Shown: positions 61,131 through 64,000 of the stretch, in pieces | How the letters are laid out: every line of letters begins with the position of its first letter | How positions within the stretch are numbered: position 1 is the first letter of the stretch | NCBI GenBank assembly: GCA_965215185.1 | Contig: OZ244034.1 | Location: 1,536,001-1,600,000, forward strand | Length of the DNA: 64,000 nucleotides | DNA from: Acidimicrobiia bacterium | GTDB lineage: Bacteria > Actinomycetota > Acidimicrobiia > Spongiisociales > ZC4RG35 | Direction of reading: 5' to 3' | Translations under genes and position numbers: made by a program | The notes under the pieces: generated by a model | The model's database searches: none | The model's input: the letters and a program-made list of their open reading frames with translations, nothing else | What the model was told of the DNA's origin: nothing

Positions 61131-61438
61131 GCGAAGCCAAGCACAACGATCCTCTCTTCGACTTCATCCTCTACCTGGTCACCTCCGCCCGTGTCAGCCT
61201 CGATGAGAGGGCGATATACGGTTCGTTCCGGCTTATCGAAGGCGCCAGCCGGCTCATCGAAGCAGCCGAGGAGATACCGGGGTTGAAGGTGGACGACTTC
61301 CTTCGGGCCAAGCGGAACTCCATCGACCAGAACAAGGCGCGGATGATGCTAGAAAAGGATGGCTACCGGACGTGGCTTACGGACCTGGCAACTGGGTTGG
61401 CGTCCGAATCCGTGAAGCGAAGTATGGGAGAAAGCTGA
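61127..61438 (+). CDS. DUF6092-like small protein
   Basis: LFDFILYLVTSAR..DE...YGSFRLIEGASRL; GTGA coupling to the nitroreductase. Confidence 0.65.
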   Translation: MSEAKHNDPLFDFILYLVTSARVSLDERAIYGSFRLIEGASRLIEAAEEIPGLKVDDFLRAKRNSIDQNKARMMLEKDGYRTWLTDLATGLASESVKRSMGES

Positions 61439-62075
61439 CAACGGGTGGTAGTTGACCGTCCCCAGGGCGGTGCCCTACGTCTTGGGTTAACGACCAGGTT
61501 GTGGGTCTGATGTGGTCGAGTGGGGAGGTTGGTCTAGCCGAGGGAGTGCGGATCCACCTCTAAAGGGTCCGGTAGCCGGATACTTGGTGAGTCCTGATGT
61601 CTGCTGTGATGCCGATGAAAAAGATTCGGTGTTTCAGACCGCTGTGAGGAGGGGTTCCAGTCGAGTATTCTCCGACACCGTTCCTAGGCGCAGGTGAGCT
61701 AACAGGCACATCCTGTAACGGAGGAGGAAGAGCGGGATCCGAGGCAGAAGTCGGCCGCAGGGGCTTTTCGAATCGGCATTTAGAACGCAACATCATGGGG
61801 CAGATTCCAAACGCCCTGGACACAGGGATAGGCTGCGTTGACGCCGAGAAGCGTTTACCGATCCCAAGGTGACTACCCCTTATTTGAACATGGGCTGCTT
61901 CCCCTCAAAGGCGCACTGCGTCGTTTGGCAGGAGATCCTCGACTCGGTCAAATGCGAGACCTACGATTGATCTCATGAATGTGACGTACGGCTCGATCTA
62001 CTTCTTGAAAGCATGGGTCAGGTGGCAATGGGCTCTGCTCCGGTACGCCGGTCCTGACGCATCTATCACCAGTTA

Positions 62076-62551
62076 GCGTACAAACCCTACCGACCAGCCC
62101 TCTACGCCCTCAAGTTCACCTTTCTGACCGTAGCCCGAAGCGGTGAAGTCAGAAAAGCCACATGGGACGAAATCTACGAAAACATCTGGACCAAACCGGG
62201 CCACCACGTCAAAAGCGGACAACAGCATCGGGTACCCCTCAGCAAACAGGCGATGCGGGAACTCGAAAAAGCCGCCGAACACAGAGACCGCACAGGACTG
62301 ATATTCCCCTCACCCAGAGGAAAGATCATGAATTCCAGCAGCCTCTCGGACCTACTCCGCAACAACGGAATCGACGCCACGGTCCACGGAATACGAACAA
62401 CCTTCACCAACTGGGCCACAGAGCAAGGAAAAGACTACTTCGAAATAGAAATGTCCCTAGCCCACACCATCAGAAACCCATGCCTCCACACCGACCTCTT
62501 CAAAGGCAGAACCGACCTCATGCAAAATGGGCCGACTACCTAGGAATCTGA
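62076..62551 (+). pseudogene. Second P4-like tyrosine integrase remnant
   Basis: FLTVARSGEVRKATWDEI, HRVPLS, TVHGIRTTF..WA.E, EMSLAH; no N-terminus; frameshift before WADYL. Confidence 0.85.
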
Positions 62552-63249
62552 TGTCCAACGGCCCAGTCGACCGCCTCCAGCACTTGGCTGAACGCACCGC
62601 CGCCCGATACGTACACGCTGAACGCCTGCGACAATGGTTTGATGCGAGAGAACCCCATCCCGAACTCGCCGACGGATGAGAGCGGAGCGCTACAGCTCAG
62701 ACCGCCCTCTTTACAAAGAACCGCCCAAGGGGTTCATGGGAGGACTATCCATGGATAAACAGCACGACCGACCCGGGGGAATCCAAGACCCCCCACTGTA
62801 CTTCCAACCCTCTATAGGTGACCAGCACTCGCCGCTACACCTAAGTCTCTACTAAACGCGGCGCGATTCAGTTGTGGTGGCGGGACATGTCAACAAACCT
62901 ACCGCCCCGGCGGGTACCCTTCCGGCATCATCAGGAAAGCCGTAGCCGCCATCCCTCTCCTCGTCGTTTTCGTAGTGATTGCAGCAAATTTCGGCTGGTT
63001 CTTCGGTTCCCCGTTGCACATGGTGCTGTTCTGGGTTCTTGCGGCGGCTGCCTGGTGGGCTTTCTTACGGTTGAAGTAGCTAGCGGCTTGCGGCTTGCTG
63101 CCCTGAGATTCCGCTGCTGGTGAGTGGGTAATAGAGTTCAACCATCCCTACCCGACCCGCGACGGCGCCAAAACCGACGCGCTGGACGCTCGACGAGCCG
63201 CCCGCCAGGCGCTGGGACGCTCCCGGCCTTCGGTCCCCCGCGCTCGGGG

Positions 63250-63485
63250 AGCTGTATTGCCCAGGTTCAAGGGGTCGTCGCAACACTGCCTTGTTTGAGA
63301 GAGTGTAGGTGTTCGTCGAGGGTCTCGGCGGGGGTCTTCCAGCCGAGGGTTTTGCGTTGTGAGATGGCCATGTCCAAGGCGTCGGTGACCAAAGGGGTGG
63401 TGAGGTCTGATCGCATGGACCATCCCACGACTTTCCGTGACCACAGGTCGATCACCACTGCCAGGTACAGATATCCGGCCTGAGC
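63250..63485 (-). mobile_element. Chimeric IS3/IS30 transposase debris
   Basis: [29 protein letters not shown] (IS3 rve) joined to [17 protein letters not shown] (IS30 C-terminus), then GQYS. Confidence 0.75.
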
Positions 63486-63553
63486 CCCCGAAGCTTGCAT
63501 GTTCGAAGTTCTTAGCCAAAGGAGCTCTTAACGCTCGGGGCCACGGTACTACA

Positions 63554-63772
63554 ATGCGAATTATGAAACCAGCGAGAGACGCGACCATCCCATTGGACGT
63601 CGAAGGCGTTTCCTACGAAGAGTGGGGAATAAGGGTACAGCACCCCAATGGGGCGGTAAGCCACTTGCCCCCAGGGACAGAGTTGAACGAAGATCATTTG
63701 CAGGCTCTTCACGAATCAGCCGATTTGGCAGTGCGGGCACACCAGCGCTACTCGGGCGACAGCCCTGTCTAA
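63554..63772 (+). CDS. Small hypothetical protein
   Basis: 72-aa ORF with plausible composition; no motif recognised. Confidence 0.3.
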   Translation: MRIMKPARDATIPLDVEGVSYEEWGIRVQHPNGAVSHLPPGTELNEDHLQALHESADLAVRAHQRYSGDSPV

Positions 63773-64000
63773 TGAACCTGTGATCTAGTTGAATGTGGAC
63801 AGTGCGCCACCCGATCCTTTGACAAGCCCGCCTCTCTCCACATGTAGCGTTGATTGAGCGCATTGTACATCAGGCTCCCCTAAAACGCCCCACCCCCAAC
63901 CTTCACCGCTTTCCGCTGGGTTCCTTCCGCTTCCGCAAGGAAGACCGAGGTAGCCACAAGGCATGAAACACGAGACATTGAGATCGCCATTGTTGAAGCT

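Overview
High-GC, densely coding window that looks actinobacterial. The glyQS-uppS-recO and MBL-rph-rdgB gene order, an Rv2578c-type radical SAM gene with a GAAC-N4-GTTC box, and SLH/LRR/PPC surface-protein genes suggest an Acidimicrobiia-like, possibly host-associated organism (inference). Core genes: glyQS, uppS, recO, tRNA-Sec, rdgB, rph, pdxH, a DEAD-box helicase, mscS, pcaIJ-like CoA transferase, ald, a hut cluster and nagB. These are interleaved with decaying accessory DNA: a broken IS3, SLH/PPC/exonuclease fragments, and a 54-64 kb zone with tyrosine-integrase remnants, IS30/IS3 debris, a degenerate tRNA-Met and a thrice-repeated ~65-bp motif. The three most notable observations are: (1) a 1,404-bp TnpB-only element bounded by perfect 23-bp terminal inverted repeats and an 8-bp target-site duplication, which is DDE/IS1595-like rather than IS200/IS605-like; (2) a peptide deformylase translationally coupled to hutF in a hut cluster lacking hutG, a candidate N-formylglutamate deformylase; (3) a glycine-riboswitch-like RNA with an altered core upstream of an NrfC/NrfD-molybdopterin oxidoreductase operon. 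All family assignments come from motif recognition by eye; no searches were run.
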